In this document: one piece after another, positions 52,091-64,000 of the stretch | How positions within the stretch are numbered: position 1 is the stretch's first letter | How the letters are laid out: each line of letters begins with the position of its first letter | Assembly: GCA_021613535.1 (NCBI GenBank) | Contig: CP075495.1 | Span: forward strand, 16,120,001 to 16,184,000 | Length of the DNA: 64,000 bases | Reading direction: 5' to 3' | DNA from: Adineta vaga | Lineage: Eukaryota > Animalia > Rotifera | The notes under the pieces: generated by a model | The model's input: only the letters and a program-made list of their open reading frames with translations | Told to the model about the DNA's origin: nothing | Databases searched by the model: none | Position numbers and translations under genes: made by a program

Positions 52091-55000
52091 CTAACCACGT
52101 AGAAAGAAAAGCAGAGGCACATATAGCATGTCAACAGTAGCCACAATAGCCAGCGTCCACTGGAATCCGATGAGACGCACCAGGTATCCACCAACTGAAG
52201 GTCCTATTGATATAATGATAACAAAACTTCTTAGTGTTGTTATCTCATAAAACGCTCTAGACGCTTTGTGCTTTTCTAATAAACATATAAGCGTAACAGA
52301 TAGAGACTATATCGATATCTAAATAAATCAAGAAATTCAACAGTAGAAGGGTGGCTTCGTTCACAAAACGGACCTAAATAAAAATCGCTTGCAAGCGATT
52401 TTCATTTATGACCGTTTTGTGGACAAAGTGTCCCCGTCCTTTTGCAGAGATTGCTATCTGAAAATGTTTCCATTACAAAGCACTGTAGAGTTAATTAGAC
52501 AATAGTTCGAATGAGTGAGCAACCAAGAAAAGACAGGAACAATCACAGTGGCTGAGAAATTTTCCTGCATACTAACGATAGCTGCCATGGTTGAGTAGAT
52601 ACATTGTTCGACATATATCTACAAGGTATTGTGTCCAAACCTCAGTACCATCAGTCACAGAATGCACATTGACATAAAGATGTTTTTGTATGAGCTCAGA
52701 ACGCTGAGAATTCATTTGTCTTTGCAAGACATGTATTATACGGTTGTAGTAAATGTTTCATCTATCTCACATATTTATAAATGTTTCTCAGTTTCCTATA
52801 ACTTTATTCATCTGCATTATGTACCAGCACGTGATGCATACCCGTTGAGATGGATGTTTGTGTATTCCCACATGCATCGATGTATTACTCTCTGCATCAT
52901 CTGGAGTTTCCCATACTGTTTCATAGTATTCAGATAATTCTGGAGTATTGAGGTGTTCATGGATGTTCGACATATTATAGACAAGGGCCGAATTCAGGAA
53001 AACAGGATTCTCAAGAGACTTTGTTGAAGCGAGGCCTTCGCCCACCCTTTCGTGGCTCTCACACTGAGAGCGACGCAAGCTCAGAAAACCGCTCATCCTC
53101 ATCTTCATTTCGAAACATCTGTGAATATCTCAGTACTTAGAACACCCACACCCTCAACTTCGAAGACTTTATCCAATTTTTAGGACTTTGAGGGTATTCC
53201 TTACGAAATCCAAATAGATTTTAAGATTTTGGCATAGAAAGTAACAAAATTCAACGCATGATTACTTCAAGATGTTGAATTTTGACAGTTTGAGGTCAAA
53301 GATATCAGTAAAAGTTTTCGAAAATTTTGTGAACTAAGGGGGCCTCTAATACATCTTCACATTTATCCTCTCAGAGAGGGCTCCAAATATGAGGGAGACT
53401 TCTATTACGGGGAGGGGTTTCATTAATATTTGTTGATATTTAACAGAAATAGTGGAAAGATTTTTAGAGGGTCTCTATAGAGAAATATAGCCTGTTTGAT
53501 TCGAGATTGAATGAAAGAAAAAAGCGCCTTGAAGTTTTTTCTGCTTGAGAAAAGAAGTTTCCCTCATAAAATCTCACTTTTTCAATGGCTAGTAGTTTTG
53601 ATGCATCCAGTTTCTGGACCACTTCAAGGGCTACCGAAATCATCATTTCGATACCTTCCATCAGCGATGGGCTGACGAAAAAAACCTAGAAACAACAGGT
53701 GTCGGAAGCTTTTTTCTCCACTGTGTTTTTCTTGGTCAAACTTCGAATCTCATTTTAACGCATTATCCTGTGCAGACAAGTCAGTAACGGCGAAGGTGCC
53801 TCGAATGAGCCACTCCGTATGACAGATTCACCAGCGTACCAACTACAACTATAGTTAGTACGTTAGATGACGGAATGCAGGTACCACCGTCTGTAAAAAG
53901 AAAACATGATAGAACCTCATTACATATGGGCCCCGACAATGATTGCAATTTGACCCAGCGTGCGATAAGCCTTTAGAAGATCACTAATATTATAGTAACG
54001 ACAGTCAATATTGATCTGGCATATCGAGCATTCTTGACTTATGATCTCATCAAACAATCGATAGAGAAAAACTGTTTTCAAATCATACCAAGCAAAAATG
54101 ATAAAGAAAGTGCCATTTCTAACAAAGCAAATGCAGTGGTATAGTCCGCAGATGAGTGTCGTTTATCGACTAGCGCAACCAAAGTCGGTGGCATAGTTCC
54201 CATAACCATGCCAGTAGAAATACCACATGCAATTTGCAATGCAATCAGCATTGTTAACGATTTCGCCAGAGGTATCTATACACATAAACGAAGAAAGGTA
54301 TTAGTTAACTGCAAGACGAACAGATAGTATCTGTGAATTTTCCGACATAGAAAAGAACAACTTCTTTCCAAAATTCAAAACTGTTGTATCAATCGATTTT
54401 TGGCATTGAGACGTGAAACTTCATTCTAATCGATCAAATAACGCTCATTTGAGGGTCAAGCTACTATACACTCGCATACTAAACTCAAATACAGGTGTCG
54501 ATTATCTCTGCTGATTTTAGTAATAAAAACACACATTTGAACATCTTAATCACCTCGGTATACTTACTACGACGCTTCAGATCTCTCATAGATTCAATGG
54601 AAATACTTTTCAAAAGCAAAACTATTCTTAGGACTGAAAAAACGGGTGTGGGTGTTTGTCTGTCCACCCAGGGGTCAGTGAACGATGAGCACAAGTCTGT
54701 TTGCATCCATAATATCTACGAAAACAAAACAAACGATGGATAATATGAATCAACATGAATAGAGGAACACACCCACGCTGTTCTTTCTCGATTTTCGCCC
54801 TCACTCACACTTAGACTCTTGTGTGCTCATGTGTCCGTGTGCTCATCATTCCGGTTCCCCATCGCAAGGTTAATACGAGGCAAACAATTTAGTTCCCTGA
54901 CTTCGTGTTTTCACTGATCTCTACGATTAACATCAATTTGTAAGGTGCACCCATAGCAAAATTACAGCACCTCTCGTTTTTCCTTAAAATATATTTCATT

Positions 55001-58000
55001 AGATGCAGTTTTTTTGCGCTGATCCTGAATATCACCTTACTTATTCGATTTGTTAAAACTTTTGTGGAGATATTCTCAAAATACTGAAGAGGTAATTACA
55101 GCAGAGAATATTGCTATACCCCAGGAAATCTTGTGCTATTCATTGTCAACTTAATTTTCGATCTTATCAATAAGATTTTTGAATTCCTCGCGTAAAACTG
55201 AGTCTAAAACTCTTATTTCGAGTTCTGTTACATAGTACATGAGCAGTCGTAAAATCGGTGGGTGGGTCGTCGTCTAAATCACAAACTATATTATCTTGTA
55301 AACCTATCTAGTTTTTGAGATTTTTCGAGTTTTTCGATAGTTTCACGTTTCTGAAAGTATCTTAGATCTGAAATCAGCATAAACTCCAGCGTCGAATAGC
55401 ATAATTTGAATATGAATTCGAGCACTTTCATTTTCTCGACCTTCTCTGTCATAGACTTCTGCTGTCGGTTACCCCGTATTTGAGTCAAAAAATGAAAGTG
55501 CTCGAATTCATATTCAAATTATGCTATTCGACGCTGGAGTTTATGCTGATTTCAGATCTAAGATACTTTCAGAAACGTGAAACTATCGAAAAACTCGAAA
55601 AATCTCAAAAACTAGATAGGTTTACAAGATAATATAGTTTGTGATTTAGACGACGACCCACCCACCGATTTTACGACTGATCATGTACTATGTAACAGAA
55701 CTCGAAATAAGAGTTTTAGACTCAGTTTTACGCGAGGAATTCAAAAATCTTATTGATAAGATCGAAAATTAAGTTGACAATGAATAGCACAAGATTTCCT
55801 GGGGTATAGCAATATTCTCTGCTGTAATTACCTCTTCAGTATTTTGAGGATATCTCCACAAAATTTTTACCAAATCGAAAAGGTAAGGTGATATTCGTGA
55901 TCAGCGCAAATAACTGCATCTAATGAAATATATTTTAAGGAAAAACGAGAGGTGCTGTAATTTTGCTATGGGTGCACCTTACTCAAACGGAATAAAAAGC
56001 GAGACTTATTCGACCATTTATTTGTCTGTAATTACTCAAGTGTGAAACTCATAAAAATTGTAGCGCTAGCGAAAAATATTCTTGAAGTGATTCCCGAGAA
56101 TCTGTTTCTCGTAGTTTTGGAACTCGAATACTCGACAAGAGACGGAACAATTAGCTCAACTCCTTATTTTCTTTTCACAGGTGACGCCATTCGAGTACTT
56201 TCAAAGATCCATCAGCATAACCGTTTGATGTTAAAATATCATACTTGCATCATCCATGAGTCAGTAACCTTTTAAACGCTTTGCTAATACTAAGAATACA
56301 GCTCTCGACGTTAAGAGAGCCTTAAAAAGTTTGCGACAGAATGGAACATTCGATGTAACCGCATCTGAGAGGAGGCTGGACAACTTTCGGCTTGAAACCC
56401 ACCCTCAGTACTTTTTCTTCGGAAAATATATGCGAGTTCCAATAAAAACATCATCAGAGGTAGAATTGTTTTACTGTTTTATCTCGTTGTGTCTATTCAC
56501 AAACTGATGGTGTATGCCTCTAATGAATTCGATGTGCTCATTGTTTCATAATCTGTTCTATAATTACAATCAAAGTCGAGGCTCATCAGAGGAATTCGCT
56601 TGACTTCGGTTCGACCTGAGCATGGTGGTTCTCATAAAACGCTGGTAAGATTGCAATCTAATTGCTATTTCTATATGTCTGGTAATAAAAAGAAAATGGA
56701 TTATACAATAATTTCCGCTATTTTCACTAAACACGCTATCATCTTGATCTTCAATCAACTTTTTTAACGGAAAATGCAACAAATATCTGGTAGTTGGTCA
56801 CCTGTGTTTCTATGGTCCTTCATTACTGACTGCTGTATGTTGCGTGAGACATCTGTAGCTCAAAACACAGCTGGATCTTCTTATTTATCAATGCCTCTTA
56901 AACCTTCCGGTTGTCTATCAAAGTGCTCTCAAATTTATCAGAATTTTAGTGTTTACAAATGTAACAATTTGAGACTAAATGAATATGACAGATTATTAGC
57001 AGTATTTCCGCTTCAACACAGTCGCAAGAATCAAGTTTCAAAGCTTTTCTTCTAAACCATCGCGGGAGCGGTGCGGTAGCTTTTCTTTATAAGACCACGG
57101 CGCGGCAGCGGCAGATTTTCAACCGCGATGGACATATCTGCCTCTCTTTTAGAAAAAGAAAAACTACACACTTTCAGTGATCTGTAGCATAACCGAATAT
57201 TTTTTCGATTCAGTGTGATTTAAAGTTCGAGAAACTCGATTCATGTCGGCCTCTACTTGCGCCATTCACGCTTCTTTTTGGACCCATTCAAAGTAGATGC
57301 TTGCAAGTGTCGACAGATACAACTGACCAAGTTTTATCTGCGAATATAAATAGATTTAACTTCTGTTCCATTTGGGAGTGTTCTCATATTTCACAAATAC
57401 CACGGTAAATGTTATACTACTAACACAGAAACTATTCTCTTAAGAGACGGTCCATGACTGAATCGAGCATTTTCGTCATACAAAAATTTTTGACCTCCGT
57501 TTTTAAGTATAGCAAATGAAAGAGCATGTAAAAATACATATAAATCCGAAGTTTTAGCCTTTTTGAAGTTACCTTTGTATGGATTTGAAAGTCATCATCT
57601 TCAATAGGTCGATTTGATTATTTTTAGTTTTTTATTCTATGGCGGTTTAGTATTTGATTATTTTCTCGCTCAAAAATTGCTCATTTACTTCGAGCAATAT
57701 GTCAAACGATAGAACAAATTGAGCTGTACAAAACTGTACATTCAGAATCTTTTTTAATAAGTTTTAAATATGTCTTTAAGTGAAAAACTGCCAAAAACTC
57801 GCCTAATTTTTTTTAAAGATTTGTGGTGGTTTTTAGCAGTTTAATGATAAATTGGAGAGAAAAAAGTCCAGGCCGAGAATGATTTTATTTGGATTCGATA
57901 GAGCGAAAGAAACTGCACAAGATACACCTAAAAACAAACCCAAAAAACATGCGCATAGTACCTTAATTTAGCCCACAAGATTAGTAAAAACCACTATATT

Positions 58001-61000
58001 TTAGTATTTTTTAATGATTTCGAGAGAAATGTGTAGGATTTTAACTTTTTGCATCTTCAGGTTCATAAAATCTTATATACCATTAGATGCAGAATTAAAA
58101 GCTGCATCTTTTAGTAGTGGTTTGAAATCGTTTTGTGAACTTTTGTTTTCGTCAAAAATTTGTCCGAGATACACCCGCCTAGGATTAGCTCAAAAATGAA
58201 TTTGAGGAAAACATTGTTTTACCAATAGTAAACAGCTTTTAGCGTGGTAAAACGATAAAGGAAACAAAATGACACATACCTGAACAATAAAACAATGTTT
58301 TCCTCAAATTCATTTTTGAGCTAATCCTAGGCGGGTGTATCTCGGACAAATTTTTGACGAAAACAAAAGTTCACAAAACGATTTCAAACCACTACTAAAA
58401 GATGCAGCTTTTAATTCTGCATCTAATGGTATATAAGATTTTATGAACCTGAAGATGCAAAAAGTTAAAATCCTACACATTTCTCTCGAAATCATTAAAA
58501 AATACTAAAATATAGTGGTTTTTACTAATCTTGTGGGCTAAATTAAGGTACTATGCGCATGTTTTTTGGGTTTGTTTTTAGGTGTATCTTGTGCAGTTTC
58601 TTTCGCTCTATCGAATCCAAATAAAATCATTCTCGGCCTGGACTTTTTTCTCTCCAATTTATCATTAAACTGCTAAAAACCACCACAAATCTTTAAAAAA
58701 AATTAGGCGAGTTTTTGGCAGTTTTTCACTTAAAGACATATTTAAAACTTATTAAAAAAGATTCTGAATGTACAGTTTTGTACAGCTCAATTTGTTCTAT
58801 CGTTTGACATATTGCTCGAAGTAAATGAGCAATTTTTGAGCGAGAAAATAATCAAATACTAAACCGCCATAGAATAAAAAACTAAAAATAATCAAATCGA
58901 CCTATTGAAGATGATGACTTTCAAATCCATACAAAGGTAACTTCAAAAAGGCTAAAACTTCGGATTTATATGTATTTTTACATGCTCTTTCATTTGCTAT
59001 ACTTAAAAACGGAGGTCAAAAATTTTTGTATGACGAAAATGCTCGATTCAGTCATGGACTGTCTCTTAACTAGTGGAAATACCATGTTATAAAAACGGTC
59101 TGAAAATCTATTATTTGGAGAAAAACATTTGATCAGCTTAAGCCAGCAACTGCTGTATACACATATTGTCTTACCAAAGCAAAATACAGAGCCGCAATAC
59201 ACAGACCTATCATTCCACACAGCCATCTATAAACAAATAATATTGCATCTTTCTCAATGTAGTCTGACATCGTACGTACCGTCCAAGACGAAAGCCCAAA
59301 ACTCCAAAAACATTGTGACTAATGAAGAGTGCAATACTATGCGGTAAAAATATTAATCCTAGTGCATAAAAGCGATGAAACTAGTCGTTAATGATCCTCG
59401 TTCATACGAAACATACCCTGTTCGAGTGGAGTTGCCGATGCCATAGTAACCATCATGTGGATTGGTAGTATGGTCTGGATAATTGCTACCCCGAAGAGAG
59501 TTATCATGCATGCACCTAAAACCTCCTATATGCAAGTTCTCGACAAATATTTGCAGGATCCTTACCGATGGTAATGGAAATCAACGGATCTCGAACGAGA
59601 GTGAACACTGCTGAAGAGCGACGACCGGCGCTCTCTTTAATTAACTTTTGTGTTTCTAAATTCGATTCAGTTGACACAATGCTCAAGCGCAATACTAAAT
59701 GAAATCTATATGTACGTCATTCACACAAAATATAAATGTCTACTTACATCCATCGACAAGAGCCACTCCTGCAAGAATGAGAAATGGAACTGTTTTCCCA
59801 AAGTGATCATATAAAACACCGCCAAAGATAGGTCCAACTAATCATGTCATAATGAAGCATGAATTGTAAAACAAATAAGCACATGAATATTTCATTTACC
59901 AGCTACACCTAATGCAACGCCACTCAGAGTACGACCCATAATTTTGCCTCGTTCTTCATCGTCGGGAAAGCGCTCCGCCAGCATTCTTCCACCTTAAATT
60001 GAACATATTCGTGTGAATGTATTCGAGAGAATTCCATGTTTTTAACCTGAAATGGCGGAGAATGCTGAGCCGACTCCTTGAATGGCACGCGAACAGAACA
60101 GCAACCAGTAAGTATTCGCAAAAGCAAACACTAGACACATACTTATCAGTTTCTCATTTAATAAGACAAAGCTGCACATACTGAGAATCGAACCGAACAT
60201 AACAGCAAATCCAAACAGCATTGGTATCGTATATCCGAATCTGCAAGACAACGTGTCACGTGTGTTCCGATATCTATCGGCGAACAAGTAGCATTACTTA
60301 CCGAGTTATGATAATGCCTGCAATAGGATTTGTGATCAACTAGAATAAAAATAGTCCTTCAGACTAGAAACAGATCTGAGATCGGCAGCGAACTGAATTA
60401 GAGTTTGAAAGAAGAAAGAAGTGGATGAAAATCAAATCTCTTAATTCTTTGCTTAACTGGTGGCGTAAGGGTCACGCATTGAAAATCGCAGCACCCCAGC
60501 TTAGCTCACGCATTTAAGGCTGCAGAATTTCCCCCAGTGTGCCGAGCTGAGCCGAATCCAGATCATTAGGAGTCCTGACAGCTGCTAGAAGTCAATGAGA
60601 CTCGTGCTAGTTTTCAATTTCAACTTCCATTTTAAAATAATTCGAGAACTTTCTGGGAAGTTCAATAAGTCCCAGACAGGCAAGGACCAAACAAGTACGT
60701 GTAAGAACGGTGAGATTTTAACGAAAATAAAATCAGGAAAAGCGCACATTTTCAGGAATTAATACGCGTTTAATTTTTTTCGTAACGTTAAAAACGCGTT
60801 AATCCTTGCAATTTAACGAGTAATACTGCGTTTAATCTTACAAAATAACGGGTTATTACCAAGAAATCTTTAACGCATTAAAATATACATGCGTATAAAC
60901 ACGTTCAAGATTCGTTAAAACAGCGTTTTTACGATTGCGAACTGTCAATACGCTGTTTTAACGAAATATCAACGTGTTTTTACGCGGTTTTTTATAAGTT

Positions 61001-61447
61001 TTGTCTGTCTGGGGTATCTTGGTAAGTGAATGAGATGTTTCTAGATTGAAATTAACACTTTAGAATCATCTTTTGCTATGCTTTATTGTGACAGTCAAAT
61101 TCTAGTACCTGCATAAACGCCTTGGAGCCATACAATAGACCGAGAGGTCCATTCTCCTAAAGACAGAAAATAGTCTTGATAATAATAGTAGTAGATAGCT
61201 ATTCATCATGTACAGACCTGAAGAAGTTCGTGTTGTATTTCATTTGGCTGCAGTTGAATTAATTGTTGTGTACGGTTTTGAGTGAATATAGAACAGATAT
61301 GCGTCAAGTTCTGTTCCAACTGCGTTGTAGTTATTCGTTCATTTTTGAACAAATCTGTATCGTTTATGGCTATCGACAGACAAATGTCATGTAAATGTCC
61401 AGATGTGCGGTGACGAATTCGAAATAAATAGTCAGGTAGGATCGGTA
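52091..61447 (-). CDS. SLC18-family (VMAT/VAChT-like) MFS vesicular transporter, at least 13 exons; TM1 exon not located
   Basis: Spliced exons include 61447-61218 (PILPDYL), 61156-61109 ([11 protein letters not shown]), 60339-60302 (LITNPIAG), [37 protein letters not shown], 59226-59175 (RWLC), 54275-54089 (LVDKRH) and 52203-52091 (GPSVGGYLV). Confidence 0.88.
54943..55979. mobile_element. Near-perfect 1.04-kb foldback MITE, TA TSD
   Basis: TA|AGGTGCACCCATAGC ... GCTATGGGTGCACCT|TA, arms of about 490 bp. It lies in an SLC18 intron. Confidence 0.9.
57444..59065. mobile_element. Near-perfect 1.62-kb foldback element, TTAA TSD (Kolobok-like)
   Basis: TTAA|GAGACGGTCCATGAC ... GTCATGGACTGTCTC|TTAA, arms of about 775 bp. 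It lies in an SLC18 intron. Confidence 0.9.
60671..61013. mobile_element. MITE (CCCAGACAG ends) with AACG-rich subterminal repeats
   Basis: cccagacaggcaa / ttgtctgtctggg. It lies in an SLC18 intron. Confidence 0.55.
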
Positions 61448-61629
61448 CTAGAAAAGTTAATACATTGTTCAGTCATCATATAGAATACGATTCCCATATT
61501 ATCAGATAGAATCAAACTTCCTATCACGAACGTTTCTCTTCTTCATATAAGAAAGTAACTGTAATATGATATTTTCATTAAAAATATTATGATTGTGTCT
61601 CGAAGAAAACTAACGAAGGATGGTCCCTA

Positions 61630-63170
61630 ACTGTCCAATCGCTTTAGACATAACAGCAAGTGGGTTATAGATAACTTTCGATCGTGAATCTCAATCTACC
61701 CATGGTTTGTGCCGCCAGACCACGGAAGTATTGGTTTTTTCGAAAATCTTGTTTGGTTTGTATGCTTAATGAAAGACGTGAGTAAAGCGTCCCGAAACAG
61801 ATTTTCGGATTTCCTGGAGATCTCAAAAGACGCTAGAGATGTAACTTTAATATTTGACACTATATTATCGTTGCAAAGCATAACTTTTTTTGTCGTTTTT
61901 TGATTTTACGATGAGCCTTATTCCGTATGTCTTATGTATATAAGTATTACGTGATTCGGGCAAGAGTATTCGTTTAGAAGAAAACTTACTGCTTGTTTTT
62001 CTCATTTGTCGCGTCATGCTCATAATAGATTATTCTTTTAATTCTTCAGAATTGAGATCAGCAGTTTGAAACCAATAATAAAAAGTGAAAATGAAATAAG
62101 AAAGTAATCTGCTCCAGCTTTAATTTACGGCACGCAGTTTTGGTTGATATAATTCAAGATTTCGATCAACAACTGTCTTCTTTTTGGGAATAAGAGTAAG
62201 CTCTTACAATGAGTTCTTCAAGCTTTTTAGCTTTTGTTTTATGGACTACTTGCATTGATTACCAAGTTCTTACTCATTGCGATAAAGATTTCGTTGCCTT
62301 GACTTTACAACAGAATAAACCAATGCACCTCGTATACACATGTGAGCGTACAGCGTGTAATTAGGGATGTGCGGCGTCAGTGACAGTACTGAAAAAACTG
62401 AAACTGTTACATTGATACTGACCATCAGTGTGCACTGATATTCTCGGTGCACTGATGATGTCAGCGACACTGATTTCACTGACAGATTAATGTTGATGTT
62501 TATTGCTTGTAATTCCTAGGCGAAGCATCATGACATCTTTTATACGAAACATTGGAATATGCTGAATAGTTTTATTAGTTGAGAGACTAGATCAGCTGGA
62601 CAGTCTGTCGAATGTATTTTTCGAATTTTTTCTTACGAATGGCTCGACCATATATTATACTCTATGAGAGAATTCGCAAAACTTCATTTTTTATGATTAT
62701 TCGATAGAATATGTAGTCATTCGTAAGCAAAAATTCGAAAAATACATTCGACAGACTGTCTAGCTGATCTAGTCTCTCGGCCAATAAAACTACTCAACAT
62801 ATCTCAATGTTTCGCATAAAAGATATCATGATGCTCCGCCTAGGAACTACATGCAATAAACATCAATATTAATCTGTCAGTGAAATCAGCGTCGCTGACA
62901 TCGTCAGTGCACCGAGAATATAAGTGCACGGTGAGCTTACCGGCGGTGTTTGGCAGTGCTCCGTTATTCGGCACCGCACATCCCTACGTATAATGTTAGG
63001 GTTATGTTTCTAGCATCTTTTGAGATCGTGAGGAAACCCGAAGAATGTGTTTCGGAACGCTTCACTCACGTCTTTCATCAAGCATGCAAATCATGGATAG
63101 ATTCAGACTCACGATCACAAGTTATCTATAACCCGCTAGCTCTTACGTCTAAAGCGGTAAGACAGTCAAA
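61630..63170. mobile_element. Older composite foldback element
   Basis: Diverged outer arms at about 61630-61850 / 62990-63170 and an inner palindrome at about 62428-62690 / 62700-62930. Confidence 0.65.
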
Positions 63171-64000
63171 GCTAATTTCTCGTCTTTTTGGTACATTTTT
63201 AGAGCTCGAAAACGGCTTGAACGATTGAGTTGAAATTTTTACCGCAGATAGAAGACCCATAATGATCAGATATGTGTTTGAGAAAAAGTTTTTCCTATGA
63301 GGTTTCGACATGGTTTTAGACGAACCTTCGGTTTTCTAGTAGTGCTCATTTAGATAACGAAAACTGCATAAGACAGAGTCCGATAGGTTTGAAATTTTTT
63401 CTGCAGATAGGCACCCACATATCAGAAGTTATTTTCAGGATTTTGAAAAATCTAACTTATTTTTTTTAGTAACAAAAATACGTAGATCTCTCAAGACTCC
63501 TGCTTCTCAACATTAAAAACCCTATAAATCTGGCAGAAAAGTTCGAAAATGAAAACGGCCGATTTAACCTCTGAAGGATAGTTCAAAGTATTGCTAGTAA
63601 AAAATTTCAGTCCAATCGAACAAAGTTAAAGGGGGTTATACATGGCACAACTGAAGCGCTCCGAGGAAAAACCGGTTTTGGGGAAAAGTAGAAAACTCAG
63701 TTTGGAAGTTGTCCAAGCTTTTTTCGACGGTTTTATGATCAAATTTTAATGGAGAATCCACTGAGCTTAGGAAAAAACATTTTTCGCAAAAGTATTTTTG
63801 GGTGATGATCTATCTATCGCACTTATTAAAAGAAAAATATTTTTGAATTGTAACAAAAACAAGAGAGGAAGCACCCTTAAGGGCCACCCTTCGTAAGAAA
63901 GTTTTCCTGAAAGTAAGGCTTATCATTGTTTTGTAGGAACAAAATCACTATTGCTCTGAATTAGATGAAACAAAAAGTGCTCTGCTTTCTCACGAAATGT

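Noticed and set aside
52500-53108. 106-aa ORF with CxxC inside an SLC18 intron
   Set aside because: No recognisable family and broken by stops; probably a TE remnant.
56300-57140. Possible hAT transposase remnant with a CCGC-rich end
   Set aside because: Too degraded to support; only one plausible terminus was seen.
58014-58495. Two identical 61-aa ORFs on opposite strands
   Set aside because: They are a by-product of the palindrome arms and show no coding signature.
61990-62023. Candidate first exon of the SLC18 gene (MSMTRQMRKTS|gtaagt)
   Set aside because: No TM1-encoding exon was found between it and 61447, and it lies within a foldback element.

Overview
AT-rich eukaryotic DNA with short (about 50-70 nt) GT-AG introns. 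It is most consistent with a bdelloid rotifer and probably a subtelomere-like, TE-rich region. This is an inference from gene and TE content and from interstitial TGTGGG/TGAGGG repeats. Genes: (1) a 3-exon type II membrane FG-GAP/VCBS-repeat protein of about 1506 aa; (2) a riboflavin transporter (SLC52) pseudogene; (3) an intronless, bacterial-looking fusion of an acyl-CoA-dehydrogenase fold with a threonine-synthase-like PLP domain; (4) an intronless class I/II PLP aminotransferase-fold enzyme; (5) a multi-exon SLC18 (VMAT/VAChT family) vesicular transporter lacking the canonical acidic residues. Genes 3-5 may form a horizontally seeded small-molecule biosynthesis and export cluster. Mobile DNA: Penelope/Athena (Terminon-type) remnants carrying up to five hammerhead ribozyme motifs, two of them followed by telomere-complementary tails; two long-TIR, intron-containing IS630/Tc1/mariner-like transposons (one intact, one dead and carrying cargo); a LINE 3' fragment; and many MITEs and foldback palindromes up to 1.6 kb. 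All calls come from reading the sequence by eye; no database searches were run.
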